Assembly: GCA_963794325.1 (NCBI GenBank)
Contig: CAWCDG010000004.1
Span: 128,001 to 192,000 of the forward strand
Direction of reading: 5' to 3'
Origin: an uncultured delta proteobacterium
GTDB lineage: Bacteria > Desulfobacterota > Binatia > Binatales > Binataceae
DNA: 64,000 nucleotides
Made by a program: the position numbers and the translations under genes. The notes under the pieces are model-generated. The model did no database searches, had not been told where the DNA came from, and saw only the letters and a program-made list of their open reading frames with translations. Below are positions 20,386 through 29,238 of this stretch, piece after piece (position 1 is the first letter of the stretch; every line of letters starts with the position of its first letter).

Positions 20386-21581
20386 GCGGCAATCCTCGAC
20401 GCGATCATCTCGAGCGCAATCGTCGCGACGCGGCCCGCCGCTCCGGGTGAACCGAGCTTTTCGCGCAACGATTTCAGCGCCGCCACCGTCTCGGCGCGGA
20501 TCGTCTCGCTTAGCAGGGGCTCGGCCGCTCGCACCAGCTTCTCCGGATTGACGTCACCCTGGATCAGTTCCGGCACGATCTGGCGGCCCGCCAGGATATT
20601 CGGCATCCCGATAAAATCGACTCCCGTGACGAGCATCCGGCCTAGGATATAGGTTAACGGCGATACTTTGTAGGCGATGACCTCGGGGCATCCGAGCAGC
20701 GCGGTCTCCAGCGTGGCAGTCCCTGACGCGACCATTGCGAGTTCGCTCGCCGCGACAATGTTGTAGGTATCGTTCTCGACAATCGTGATTCCCGACAGCT
20801 CCGCGCGGCCCACCTCGGTGAGTTCGGCCTTGGTCAGCGTCGGCGCAAGAGCGAGAGCTATTTCAAGATTGTGATCGCGCGCCACAATCCGCGCCGCCTT
20901 GATCATTGGATCAAGCAGATAGCGAACTTCGGCGCGGCGGCTCCCCGGCAGGATTGAAATGATTCGCGCGCGCGGTGGAAATCCGTGACGCTTCAAGGTT
21001 TCGTCCCGGCCCTGGACCGTCGCAACCCGGTCGAGCAGCGGATGCCCGACGAATGAAACTCGCTCGCCCGCCCGATGGAACAGTTCGGCCTCGAATGGCA
21101 GCACCACCGCAAGACGATCGGCGCGATCGACCAGCTTGTCCACTCGGCCGCGCCGCCACGCCCACACTTGCGGCGTGATGTAGTAAAGCACCGGCACTCC
21201 GTTGCGGCGCGCAGTGCCAGAGAGAATCAGGTTGAACTCCGCATAGTCGATCAGAATCACCAGGTCCGGCTTCTCGCGCCGGATGATTCGACGCAGCGTG
21301 CGAAACGCGCCGACCGTCCGCCCAATCGTCGAGGCTAGTTCCGAAAGTCCAAGTCCGTGGATGTCCTCGGTCTTGACGATCGCGCGCACACCGGCGGCGC
21401 GCATTTTCTCGCCGGCGATTCCGAACAGTTCGCACGACGAATCGCGCGAGAGAATTTCCCGCGCCAGGTCGCCACCGTGAAGATCGCCCGATGCCTCGCC
21501 GGCAACGATCATGATGCGGGCTTTGCGCTGGCTGCCTTTCCGGCGGTCATCAAACGGCGGCGCTTCGGCATTCAAGGGCAT
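20382..21581 (-). CDS. lpxB: Lipid A disaccharide synthase
   Basis: AGEASGDLHG, PQVWAWR, LPFE, VGHPL, LPGSR, ASGTATLE. Confidence 0.96.
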   Translation of the reverse strand: MPLNAEAPPFDDRRKGSQRKARIMIVAGEASGDLHGGDLAREILSRDSSCELFGIAGEKMRAAGVRAIVKTEDIHGLGLSELASTIGRTVGAFRTLRRIIRREKPDLVILIDYAEFNLILSGTARRNGVPVLYYITPQVWAWRRGRVDKLVDRADRLAVVLPFEAELFHRAGERVSFVGHPLLDRVATVQGRDETLKRHGFPPRARIISILPGSRRAEVRYLLDPMIKAARIVARDHNLEIALALAPTLTKAELTEVGRAELSGITIVENDTYNIVAASELAMVASGTATLETALLGCPEVIAYKVSPLTYILGRMLVTGVDFIGMPNILAGRQIVPELIQGDVNPEKLVRAAEPLLSETIRAETVAALKSLREKLGSPGAAGRVATIALEMIASRIAA

Positions 21582-21632
21582 CGAAGCGATTGTGATTGAA
21601 AAGGCCAGTGTCGCAAATAGCCCGCTCGCGAT

Positions 21633-22097
21633 TCAATTGTCCTGTGCGAAGTTCCGGCGGATCGCATTGCGAATTTGATCGACCGGCGAGCCCTGCTCCG
21701 ACATCCGCTTCGCCAGCAACGCCTCGCCGGTGCAGATTTCGCACGACGCGCCGTGCGTGCTGCGATAGCAATCGAGCAGGTTCTGGTGACCTTCCGCTTT
21801 GTCGCACCCGCAATAGCAATGCAGTTCCGCCAGTATCTCCGGGTGTTGCTCCGCGAATTTGTACGCTTCCTTCACCGGACCAACGAACTGGTTTGGATCG
21901 AGCGTCAAGCGCGGCTGCGCGTTTTTCGATACGGCGATATCGGCCGCCTCCGCCGTTCCCGTGCAGCAGCAATGACCCGCGACGCACATCGCACCGCGCA
22001 CATTGCCATTCGGCCCGGAATCGCCGATCAATGGCCACAGGTACGCCAGCACGATAACCGCGGCGAACGAGATGCCGAAAACGATTGCGCGTCTCAT
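21633..22097 (-). CDS. PCYCGC-motif family Cys-rich membrane-anchored protein, copy 2
   Basis: N-terminal TM, MCVAGHCCC, LHCYCGCD..GHQNLLDCY..HG..CEIC. Confidence 0.8.
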   Translation of the reverse strand: MRRAIVFGISFAAVIVLAYLWPLIGDSGPNGNVRGAMCVAGHCCCTGTAEAADIAVSKNAQPRLTLDPNQFVGPVKEAYKFAEQHPEILAELHCYCGCDKAEGHQNLLDCYRSTHGASCEICTGEALLAKRMSEQGSPVDQIRNAIRRNFAQDN

Positions 22098-22699
22098 GCT
22101 GCACCACCCTTGTTCAGAGTTTTTTTGACGTCATTGACGATGTCTTGCGCTTTCACGACTTCGCCGTTGTATTCCTGGATCAGCCGCCCATCGGGTCCTA
22201 TCAACATCATATCAACCAGGTGACCTACCGAACCATCGGGCTCAACTTGCCGGCTGAGCTTGAAGCCCGCCAGCGCCCGATCGATATCCCCGGGACCGCC
22301 GGTCAGGAAGTACCATCCCTTTTCATCGGCGCCTTGCTGGCGAGAGTAATCCAGCAACTGTTTAGGGCCGTCATGCTCCGGGTCTACCGAGATCGAAACG
22401 ATCGTGACTTTCGAACCGAGGTCGTTGCCCAGTCGCAGCGCAACGTTCGCCAATTTCGCTGTCTCCATCAGGCACGGCCCCGGGCACGACGTATAGATGA
22501 AATCCACCACCATCGGCTTGCCCTTGAGCGACGTGAGTGAAACCGAATTGCCGTTCTGATCGACCAGCTTGGTGTCGGTTAGACAATTCTCCGCGACCGC
22601 ATTGCTGTTCGAGTCGTGATGGCATCCCGCGGCCGCGACCAGACCAGTGGTTATTGCAACAGCGATAACCACTGTTTTGAGATTAAGGTGAGTACTCAT
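22094..22699 (-). CDS. SCO1/SenC copper chaperone lipoprotein (SCO-3)
   Basis: Lipobox AAGC, FIYTSCPGPC, ISVDPEHD, FLTG, His in VGHL. Confidence 0.92.
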   Translation of the reverse strand: MSTHLNLKTVVIAVAITTGLVAAAGCHHDSNSNAVAENCLTDTKLVDQNGNSVSLTSLKGKPMVVDFIYTSCPGPCLMETAKLANVALRLGNDLGSKVTIVSISVDPEHDGPKQLLDYSRQQGADEKGWYFLTGGPGDIDRALAGFKLSRQVEPDGSVGHLVDMMLIGPDGRLIQEYNGEVVKAQDIVNDVKKTLNKGGAA

Positions 22700-22741
22700 A
22701 TATCTCCCGCTTTACCTAGTTAATACTTAAATGCTCATTAC

Positions 22742-23605
22742 TCAATGAGGCGGAGGTGTATTAGCCAGTACTACCGACCATGCAATCACCGCTGCCAGCA
22801 AGGTGCATTCCACGGCCACATTGCGAATTAGCGCCGCACGCGCCGACAACTCTCCCACGCTCCCTACCAGCCGATACCGATTGTAGCCGCCTATCAACAT
22901 CACCGTTGCGGCTGTGCCTACCTTCCAGAGCAACGTGCGTCCATAAATCGAATTCACCAGCAGATCGAGTTGTAGTCCCAGCGCTTCGTACGCTCTGATC
23001 AGGCCGGTTACGATTAAGGTACAAACCGACCATCCCGCAATCCGGGATACTCGCGACGTAGCCGATCTTAGCCAATCCGCTCCCGCGTGTCCGTACGTGG
23101 CGCCTATCAGCAAATAGACCAGCGCGCCGATCCACATCCCCGCTGCCGCCTGGTGCGTGAAATGAATTGTGATCGCGAATGCGCCCTTGTCCACCGCGTG
23201 ACTCGTGAAGCTTTGAAAGGCCATCAGCAGTGCCGAGATGACGAATATCAGCGCGGTTGCGAACCTCCCTGGTGCCGCGACCCAGGCTACCAGAGCCAGC
23301 AGCAGCGCCACCGCCAGCCGCCAGGTCCATACCCGGCCTGCATACGTCTCGCGCATTATTTGCGGCATCACCGGGATCACTTCTCTGAAGGTCGAGTCGG
23401 CCATGCCTGCCGCAACCGACAGCAACCTTAGCGGCGACATCACCAGAACGACCAGCGCGAGCACCCGCCACAACGACACCAGGCTGCGGTTCAATCGATC
23501 GCCGTCGCTCACGCGAGGCGCCGCGGCGAGCGCGAACGCCGATGTTCCGAATATCAGCACCTGCGATCCGACCAGCGGCCACGCGAAAATTGGCTGCGGA
23601 ATCAC
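22742..23605 (-). CDS. copD: CopD copper uptake inner-membrane protein
   Basis: TSHA, HFTHQAAAGMWIGAL, TG, YGRTLLWK, NR motifs; GTG start overlaps copC stop. Confidence 0.85.
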   Translation of the reverse strand: MIPQPIFAWPLVGSQVLIFGTSAFALAAAPRVSDGDRLNRSLVSLWRVLALVVLVMSPLRLLSVAAGMADSTFREVIPVMPQIMRETYAGRVWTWRLAVALLLALVAWVAAPGRFATALIFVISALLMAFQSFTSHAVDKGAFAITIHFTHQAAAGMWIGALVYLLIGATYGHAGADWLRSATSRVSRIAGWSVCTLIVTGLIRAYEALGLQLDLLVNSIYGRTLLWKVGTAATVMLIGGYNRYRLVGSVGELSARAALIRNVAVECTLLAAVIAWSVVLANTPPPH

Positions 23606-23982
23606 GATCCGCCGTTTGCAACCGTGAAGGTGTACGAACCTTGCGTGTGATGCGTATCGATGCAGACGACCGCCCACTTGACCGTGTAGTCGCCGGGTTT
23701 CAGCGCGGGCACCTTGACCGATAACTGGCGCCCGTCGTCGCTGACCTGCGGCGCACCCGCCGCCTGGTTCGCGCCGTCGGCGCCGGTCACTTCCAGCTTG
23801 GCGAACAGCTTCTCTATCGGTGCGTCAAACTTGATCGCAACCTCGGACGGTGGCGATGGGACGGTTTGTCCTGCCGACGGAGTTTCCTGTTCGGGAAACG
23901 AATGCGCCCAGACGGCCGTCGGATTACTCACTCCAATAGCCAGTAGCGCGACAGCGCATAGCCACATACTCACTTTTTTCAT
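23602..23982 (-). CDS. copC: CopC periplasmic copper-binding protein (His1 type, no Met-rich loop)
   Basis: VWA|HSFP..TP, G.YTVKW.V..DTH...GSYTFTV. Confidence 0.9.
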   Translation of the reverse strand: MKKVSMWLCAVALLAIGVSNPTAVWAHSFPEQETPSAGQTVPSPPSEVAIKFDAPIEKLFAKLEVTGADGANQAAGAPQVSDDGRQLSVKVPALKPGDYTVKWAVVCIDTHHTQGSYTFTVANGGS

Positions 23983-24899
23983 TCGCCGGGTCCTCGATTG
24001 ATAGTCCAGTTTCCCCATTTCGGGAAAAACGAATCGTAAAAGATGTCGAGCAGTCCAAGTATTGCGGCATGAGTTCCGGGCTTACTCGCGTTGTTGAGCG
24101 CGAACTGAGTACCCAGTTCCACTTCAAAGTGGTAACTGACGTAAGCCACTCCCGGCGTGGCAAGGATCGTTGGAAAGGTCTGGCCCGATGGCCCCGTTAT
24201 CAGTTGGTCGTAGTTGAATTCGTTGAACAGAAACATATTTCGCAGCGGCCACTTCAGGCCGATGTCCTGAACGTTGTTGCTGAGATAAGGGAGCGAGTAC
24301 TCGACCACGGCGTCGGCAAACATGTGATGGCTGGTGGGTCCGCCCAGCGCCGGCACATAGCCAAAATCGGTCTGAACGCCCAACGGCCGCAAGTACTTGA
24401 GCACCGGCCAGTTGGGAAGATCGCCCATGCCTTTCTCCCACAGGAAAGTCGGCCCCAGGCTCGTATGACTCGACGCCTGGATACCGGTGTTGCCAGCTGG
24501 TACCTGGATTTGCGCTCCAATCGAGGCCAGGAACTCATGCTTCTGCGAATAAAAGAACGCCCACTTCGCAAACATCGTGAGACCACCGAAGCCATCGAGG
24601 TTCTGTCCGTGGTAGGGCGACTGATGCTGCCAGAAGCTGCCGCCGCCGATGCTGAATCGCGGCATGTAGTTGTCATCGATCCACAGCACTTTCTCGATTG
24701 ACGACGAAATTGAATAACTGTTGCCGTCGCTACTCTTGACCCACGACGGCCCCAACACGTCGAATTCGTTAGCCGGCGCGGGATCCTGCGTGATCAGCGG
24801 CTCAAGAAATATATAGTCACCAACAACTCCGTGCGCGTACACCGCGCTCGCGCGCATCGCAAACACCATCATCAACGTTACAATTAGTTTCCTTCGCAT
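23979..24899 (-). CDS. Exported hypothetical protein, putative outer-membrane beta-barrel with mature N-terminal His
   Basis: VYA|HGVVG signal cleavage; alternating aromatic strands; translationally coupled to copC. Confidence 0.6.
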   Translation of the reverse strand: MRRKLIVTLMMVFAMRASAVYAHGVVGDYIFLEPLITQDPAPANEFDVLGPSWVKSSDGNSYSISSSIEKVLWIDDNYMPRFSIGGGSFWQHQSPYHGQNLDGFGGLTMFAKWAFFYSQKHEFLASIGAQIQVPAGNTGIQASSHTSLGPTFLWEKGMGDLPNWPVLKYLRPLGVQTDFGYVPALGGPTSHHMFADAVVEYSLPYLSNNVQDIGLKWPLRNMFLFNEFNYDQLITGPSGQTFPTILATPGVAYVSYHFEVELGTQFALNNASKPGTHAAILGLLDIFYDSFFPKWGNWTINRGPGE

Positions 24900-24953
24900 A
24901 AACATCTCCCGAGCCACCTCAGGCCCATCGATCGGACTACTCCCGAAGGCCGA

Positions 24954-25400
24954 TTATTCCCGCGACAGGCGGGCGATCGAGCGTAAATATACGAAGAGCG
25001 CACCCGCGAACAACGCCATGTCCAGCACTAGCTCCAGCCACATCCTTGGTCGCGATGGCGCGCCGGCGCCGAAACAGCCGCAGTCGAGCGTGAGACCCCG
25101 CAGCAGCGCGGACGCCAGGGCCGTGAAAAATATTGCAGAGAGTAAAATGATCGCGAGCGAACCAATTCGTCTGGTCCGCGGCGCTAGCATCAAGAGGCCG
25201 CATGCAATCTCAAACGGCGGCAGACAGAGGGCCAATAAACTTATGAACACCGCCGGCAGGATCCCGAATGCAGCGATGCTGTCCGCGAACTGCAATGGAT
25301 CGCTGATCTTGTCGATGGCCGCGTAGATGAAAATCCCGGCCATCGCCAGGCTGACCATCACCACTACATAGGCTTGACGCCGATTATCGGATGCTATCAT
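24954..25400 (-). CDS. MauE/DoxX family membrane protein
   Basis: FIYAAIDKISDP..FA, LPPFE, RGLTLDCGCFG. Confidence 0.9.
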   Translation of the reverse strand: MIASDNRRQAYVVVMVSLAMAGIFIYAAIDKISDPLQFADSIAAFGILPAVFISLLALCLPPFEIACGLLMLAPRTRRIGSLAIILLSAIFFTALASALLRGLTLDCGCFGAGAPSRPRMWLELVLDMALFAGALFVYLRSIARLSRE

Positions 25401-25987
25401 CGTTCGCTCCCCGTCGACGCCGGCAGTCCCGCCGCCGACCACGCATCCCATCCTCCGGTGAACACGCTGACATTGTTGAAGCCGAGACTCAGCAACGCGT
25501 TTGCGACGAGGCGGCTGTCATGACAGTCGCCGCCGGAGCAGTACACGATGATCCGCTTGTCATGGGAGGCATCCAGCACTCCGGCCAGGCGCCGATAGTC
25601 TTTCGGGAAGTCATCTCGCGCGAGGTTGAGCGCGTTCGGGACGTGTCCCTGCTCGAAGAAGACCGACGGGCGCGCATCAAGAATCAGCGCACTCTTGCTC
25701 TCGACGGCTGCACGGAATTCATCGAGTTCCACAGTCGCCGCCGGCGCGATCTTGAACGGCGGTGCCGCGACCAGAGTCGTCAACTCGGCATCGAACCGCT
25801 GCTCCGGCGTTTTATAGATGATAGGAAGTGGAGCGGATGAAAAACGGTTCATCATCACTCCGGCCGCCAGCGACGCTATCGCAAGCAAAGCAACGATACC
25901 GAGATCGCGCAAAATCACCGATCTTGGATTCCTTGATTGAGATTGCCTCGCCGCATCGGAAGTGCCGCTCGATACTGCCGAAGTCAT
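25397..25987 (-). CDS. Membrane-anchored rhodanese domain protein
   Basis: LDAR...F..GHVPNALNL, active loop YCSGGDCHDS, GGWDAW. Confidence 0.9.
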   Translation of the reverse strand: MTSAVSSGTSDAARQSQSRNPRSVILRDLGIVALLAIASLAAGVMMNRFSSAPLPIIYKTPEQRFDAELTTLVAAPPFKIAPAATVELDEFRAAVESKSALILDARPSVFFEQGHVPNALNLARDDFPKDYRRLAGVLDASHDKRIIVYCSGGDCHDSRLVANALLSLGFNNVSVFTGGWDAWSAAGLPASTGSER

Positions 25988-26030
25988 GCGAGTAAGTTAA
26001 CGGAGGGAGTTGCCAATTGCTGCTTCCGCT

Positions 26031-26420
26031 TCATGGGTGCCTGGAGGTCGTAAGAATCGCCATGAGCGAGGCGCGATCACGCTCTTCCTGTGCTTGTAGC
26101 TCGTATTCTTTGCGTTCCTGCTCAGAAATTTTGGCATTCTCATAGTTCGCTATGACGCGGCATTGCGAAATTTCCATATCACGCGCGTAGTTTTCCTTTT
26201 GCGTCTGCGCTTCAACGGAAGCTTCGCGAGTTGCTGTTATGCGCGCCATTTGATCGCGGCTACGAGTCATGGATTCATCGATACACTGTTTCTCGCTCTC
26301 AGCGATTTCTCGCCTCTTTTTCCCGAACTGTGCGAGCCTGGGATCCGAGTCGCTGGTTCGGATGTTTGAAGAAACGCATCCGGCAAGCACTAAGACTGCG
26401 ACTAGGCCGATCTTCGTCAT
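26031..26420 (-). CDS. Hypothetical helical lipoprotein
   Basis: Lipobox LAGC; charged coiled-coil-like body with two Cys; co-oriented in cassette. Confidence 0.6.
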   Translation of the reverse strand: MTKIGLVAVLVLAGCVSSNIRTSDSDPRLAQFGKKRREIAESEKQCIDESMTRSRDQMARITATREASVEAQTQKENYARDMEISQCRVIANYENAKISEQERKEYELQAQEERDRASLMAILTTSRHP

Positions 26421-26455
26421 TTGACCCGGGTGCACTTGGGAATCGTCCTGAGGGA

Positions 26456-27028
26456 TCAGGGCTTGCCGTTAGACTCCGTCGCAGACTTATGCGGTAACAG
26501 CGGTAGCACCGCGTCCGCCAGACTCTTTTCGGTAACCGGTGTTTGATCGGGTGTAAGCTTTGCGCGCACCACTCCATTACCATCCACGACAATTGTCATC
26601 GGCAAAGCGTCGGGTGTCCCGAAATCGTTAACTTTGGCGTCATCCAGCATCGCGGCCGGATAGCTGTATGATTGCATAACCTTGGTTACGTCGGATCGGT
26701 CGTGTGGACGGTCCGCGCTCATGCCAATCATCTCTAGACCTTGGCCATGGTACCGCCGATAGAACGCGTCCAGCGCGGGCATTTCCTCGCGGCAAGGCGG
26801 ACACCAGGTCGCCCAGAAGTTGACGATTACGACTTTCCCGCGCAGCGCACTTAGATCGAATGCCTGACCGTCGAGTTCAGTCACGTCCAGCGCGGGTGCA
26901 GGGTTACCGACAGTTGCGGAGGCGAACGCGATTGCGGCCACGCAAATGATCGCGGCTAGTCCCGCACCGCCGAACCACAATATCGTTTGCCTCACGCTCG
27001 CCCTCCTCGCATTTCTGCCATTCGTCAA
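26456..27028 (-). CDS. TlpA/ResA-type thiol-disulfide oxidoreductase
   Basis: GKVVIVNFWATWCPPCREEMP, ALP.T. Confidence 0.92.
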   Translation of the reverse strand: MTNGRNARRASVRQTILWFGGAGLAAIICVAAIAFASATVGNPAPALDVTELDGQAFDLSALRGKVVIVNFWATWCPPCREEMPALDAFYRRYHGQGLEMIGMSADRPHDRSDVTKVMQSYSYPAAMLDDAKVNDFGTPDALPMTIVVDGNGVVRAKLTPDQTPVTEKSLADAVLPLLPHKSATESNGKP

Positions 27029-27489
27029 TTTCCCCCAGCGTATTGTCTTCGGATCGCATCACGGATCTGTTCGACCGGCGAACCCTGCTCCGATAGTTGC
27101 TGCGCCATCATTGCCTCGCCGATGCAGATTTCGCACTTCGAGCCGTGATCGCCTCGATAACAATCGAGCAGATTCTGATGGCCGTACTCCCGGTCACATC
27201 CGCAGTAGCAGTGCAGTTGAGCCAGCAGCGCGGGATTCTTCTCCGCAACCTGGTACGCCTGCCTAGCCGGACCAACGAACTGGTTGGGATCGAGTGTCAC
27301 GCGTTCCTGCGCCATGTTGAGCGCGACCGTATCTGCCTTCGCCAACCGCGCGCAGCAGCAATGACCCGCTATGCACATCGCGCCAACCGCGCTGCCACTT
27401 TCCGTTGATGAAGCACCGAACGACGGCCACAGATAAGCCACTGCGAGGAGGGCCGCCGCGGAACAGCCCAAAATTATCGTTCGCTTCAT
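27025..27489 (-). CDS. PCYCGC-motif family Cys-rich membrane-anchored protein, copy 1
   Basis: MCIAGHCCC, LHCYCGCD..GHQNLLDCY..HG..CEIC; paralog of 21633..22097. Confidence 0.8.
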   Translation of the reverse strand: MKRTIILGCSAAALLAVAYLWPSFGASSTESGSAVGAMCIAGHCCCARLAKADTVALNMAQERVTLDPNQFVGPARQAYQVAEKNPALLAQLHCYCGCDREYGHQNLLDCYRGDHGSKCEICIGEAMMAQQLSEQGSPVEQIRDAIRRQYAGGN

Positions 27490-27499
27490 TCTGATTCTC

Positions 27500-28090
27500 T
27501 CAACCCTGGTTCAACGTTTTCTTGACGTCCTCGACGATGTCCTGCGCCCTTACCGCCTCGCCATTGTATTCTCGAACTATCCGCCCATCCGGGCCGATCA
27601 GCATCATGGAAATCAGGTGCCCAACCGAACCGTCCGGCTCGATTTGACGGCTGAGCTTGAAACCGGCCAGCGCCTTATCGACGTCCGCCGGCCCTCCGGT
27701 CAGGAAATACCAGCCCTTCTCATCCGCGCCCTGCTGATGCGAGTAGGCGAGCAACTGTTTGGGACCGTCATGCTCGGGATCGACCGTGATCGAAACGAGC
27801 GTCACCTTCGAACCGAGATCGTTGCCCAGCCGCAGCGCGACGTTCGCAAACTTTGCAGTCTCCATCAGGCATGGACCGGGGCACGTCGTATAGATGAAAT
27901 CCACCACCATCGGCTTGCCCTTGAGCGACGAGAGCTCAACCGTATTGCCGTTCTGATCGACCAGCTTGGTGTCAGTGAGGACACTAGCGCCCTCCGCGGT
28001 TGAGTCGCGGTGGCATCCAGCGGCCGCAAGCAAGCTGGACATTACGATAAGCGTGACTGCGATAGATCTGAGACTTCGATGAATCCTCAT
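27500..28090 (-). CDS. SCO1/SenC copper chaperone lipoprotein (SCO-2)
   Basis: AAGC lipobox, FIYTTCPGPC, VGHL; close paralog of 22094..22699. Confidence 0.92.
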   Translation of the reverse strand: MRIHRSLRSIAVTLIVMSSLLAAAGCHRDSTAEGASVLTDTKLVDQNGNTVELSSLKGKPMVVDFIYTTCPGPCLMETAKFANVALRLGNDLGSKVTLVSITVDPEHDGPKQLLAYSHQQGADEKGWYFLTGGPADVDKALAGFKLSRQIEPDGSVGHLISMMLIGPDGRIVREYNGEAVRAQDIVEDVKKTLNQG

Positions 28091-28151
28091 GACTGCATCC
28101 TGGTATTTAGGTTTTAATTAAAATTTCGCACCGCATCTGATCACTCCCGGG

Positions 28152-29141
28152 CTAGAAGTCGTAACTTAGAATCGTCTTGAACAACACGGGCGCCGTTATT
28201 TGGTCACCGATCATATTTTGAAAAAATGGGATCTCGACATCTCCATACAGTCTTAAGATCCCCAGTTTGATCTCTGCTCCGGGGGCGATGAGAAAACGCG
28301 TATAGCCGCTGTTCTCATGATTGGCAGCCGCGCCCTGGTCGCGCGCTCGGTCTGAGGCGAGGAAGGTCAGCATTGGCGCGAGTTCCTTAAGCGGGCCGAC
28401 CGAACCGAAGTTATAGTAGGCACCCAGCGCAGAGTCTAACTCCCTGCCCGGCGTGTAGTGGTTCTGGGTGAAAACCGGAATATCTTCGTAGGCCTGTACA
28501 AACCAGTTGAAGGGACGACCCCTGACGGTCAACGGCACCTCTCCCAGGTGAGACGGAAACGTTCCCAGATGGTAAGCGCTGAGAAGGAGATCGGTGCTCC
28601 CAGAGCCAATCTGGGTGTCTCGATCGGCGTGGGGATAGGTCCACCACCCGCTCGGAACCTTCACGCCGGCCATCAGGCCCGTCGACATGTCTTCCGAAAG
28701 CCCGGTGTACATTCCCTGGATACGAATGTCACCGATGGTGTTGAAGTTAGTCCCGAAAATCTGGCCGCTGTCGTTGGTCGATTTGAAGTAGCGAAACGCG
28801 TAAGGAAGCTCCAGCATCACTCCCCACTTCCGATTGAACATGTACTGTCCACCGAGAGTGAGAAAGTGCGTCCGGATAACCTTGTCGCCGTTGTTCGCGC
28901 CGGACGCTATCTGCGTCGCGTGCCAGTTCAGGTACTGATCCTGGAAATCATATTCCAGCCAGACCGTTCCTCCGCCGCCGGTTGGAAACAACGATGCGGT
29001 TCCGACTTCGTACACGCCGCATCCACAGGCGCAGGCCCAACTCAGGCTCGGTGTTAGACCGATCACGAAAATTGTCGCTACCAACACGCGCCTGGCCGTC
29101 TCAGCGAAAGCCTGGCGCTCCGATTTAAGATTCCTCCGCAT
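28152..29141 (-). CDS. Putative outer-membrane beta-barrel transporter with N-terminal CACGC motif
   Basis: SWA|CACGCG, IGDI, G.KVPSG, QIGSGSTD (SphA/MetA-like channel motifs), C-terminal ..LSYDF. Confidence 0.7.
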   Translation of the reverse strand: MRRNLKSERQAFAETARRVLVATIFVIGLTPSLSWACACGCGVYEVGTASLFPTGGGGTVWLEYDFQDQYLNWHATQIASGANNGDKVIRTHFLTLGGQYMFNRKWGVMLELPYAFRYFKSTNDSGQIFGTNFNTIGDIRIQGMYTGLSEDMSTGLMAGVKVPSGWWTYPHADRDTQIGSGSTDLLLSAYHLGTFPSHLGEVPLTVRGRPFNWFVQAYEDIPVFTQNHYTPGRELDSALGAYYNFGSVGPLKELAPMLTFLASDRARDQGAAANHENSGYTRFLIAPGAEIKLGILRLYGDVEIPFFQNMIGDQITAPVLFKTILSYDF

Positions 29142-29238
29142 AAACGTCCACCCCGGCCACTTGTGGCCGCACTACATACTCGCGAAGCCATCCAGCCTGC
29201 GAGCAATCATCTATTGACGAAAATGTGAAAGTGCCCTG

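Noticed and set aside
28112-28123. Palindrome TTTTAATTAAAA upstream of SCO-2 as a copper-regulator operator
   Set aside because: Low-complexity AT palindrome, not repeated upstream of the paralogous SCO-3 and not matching CsoR/CueR/CopY boxes that I can recognise
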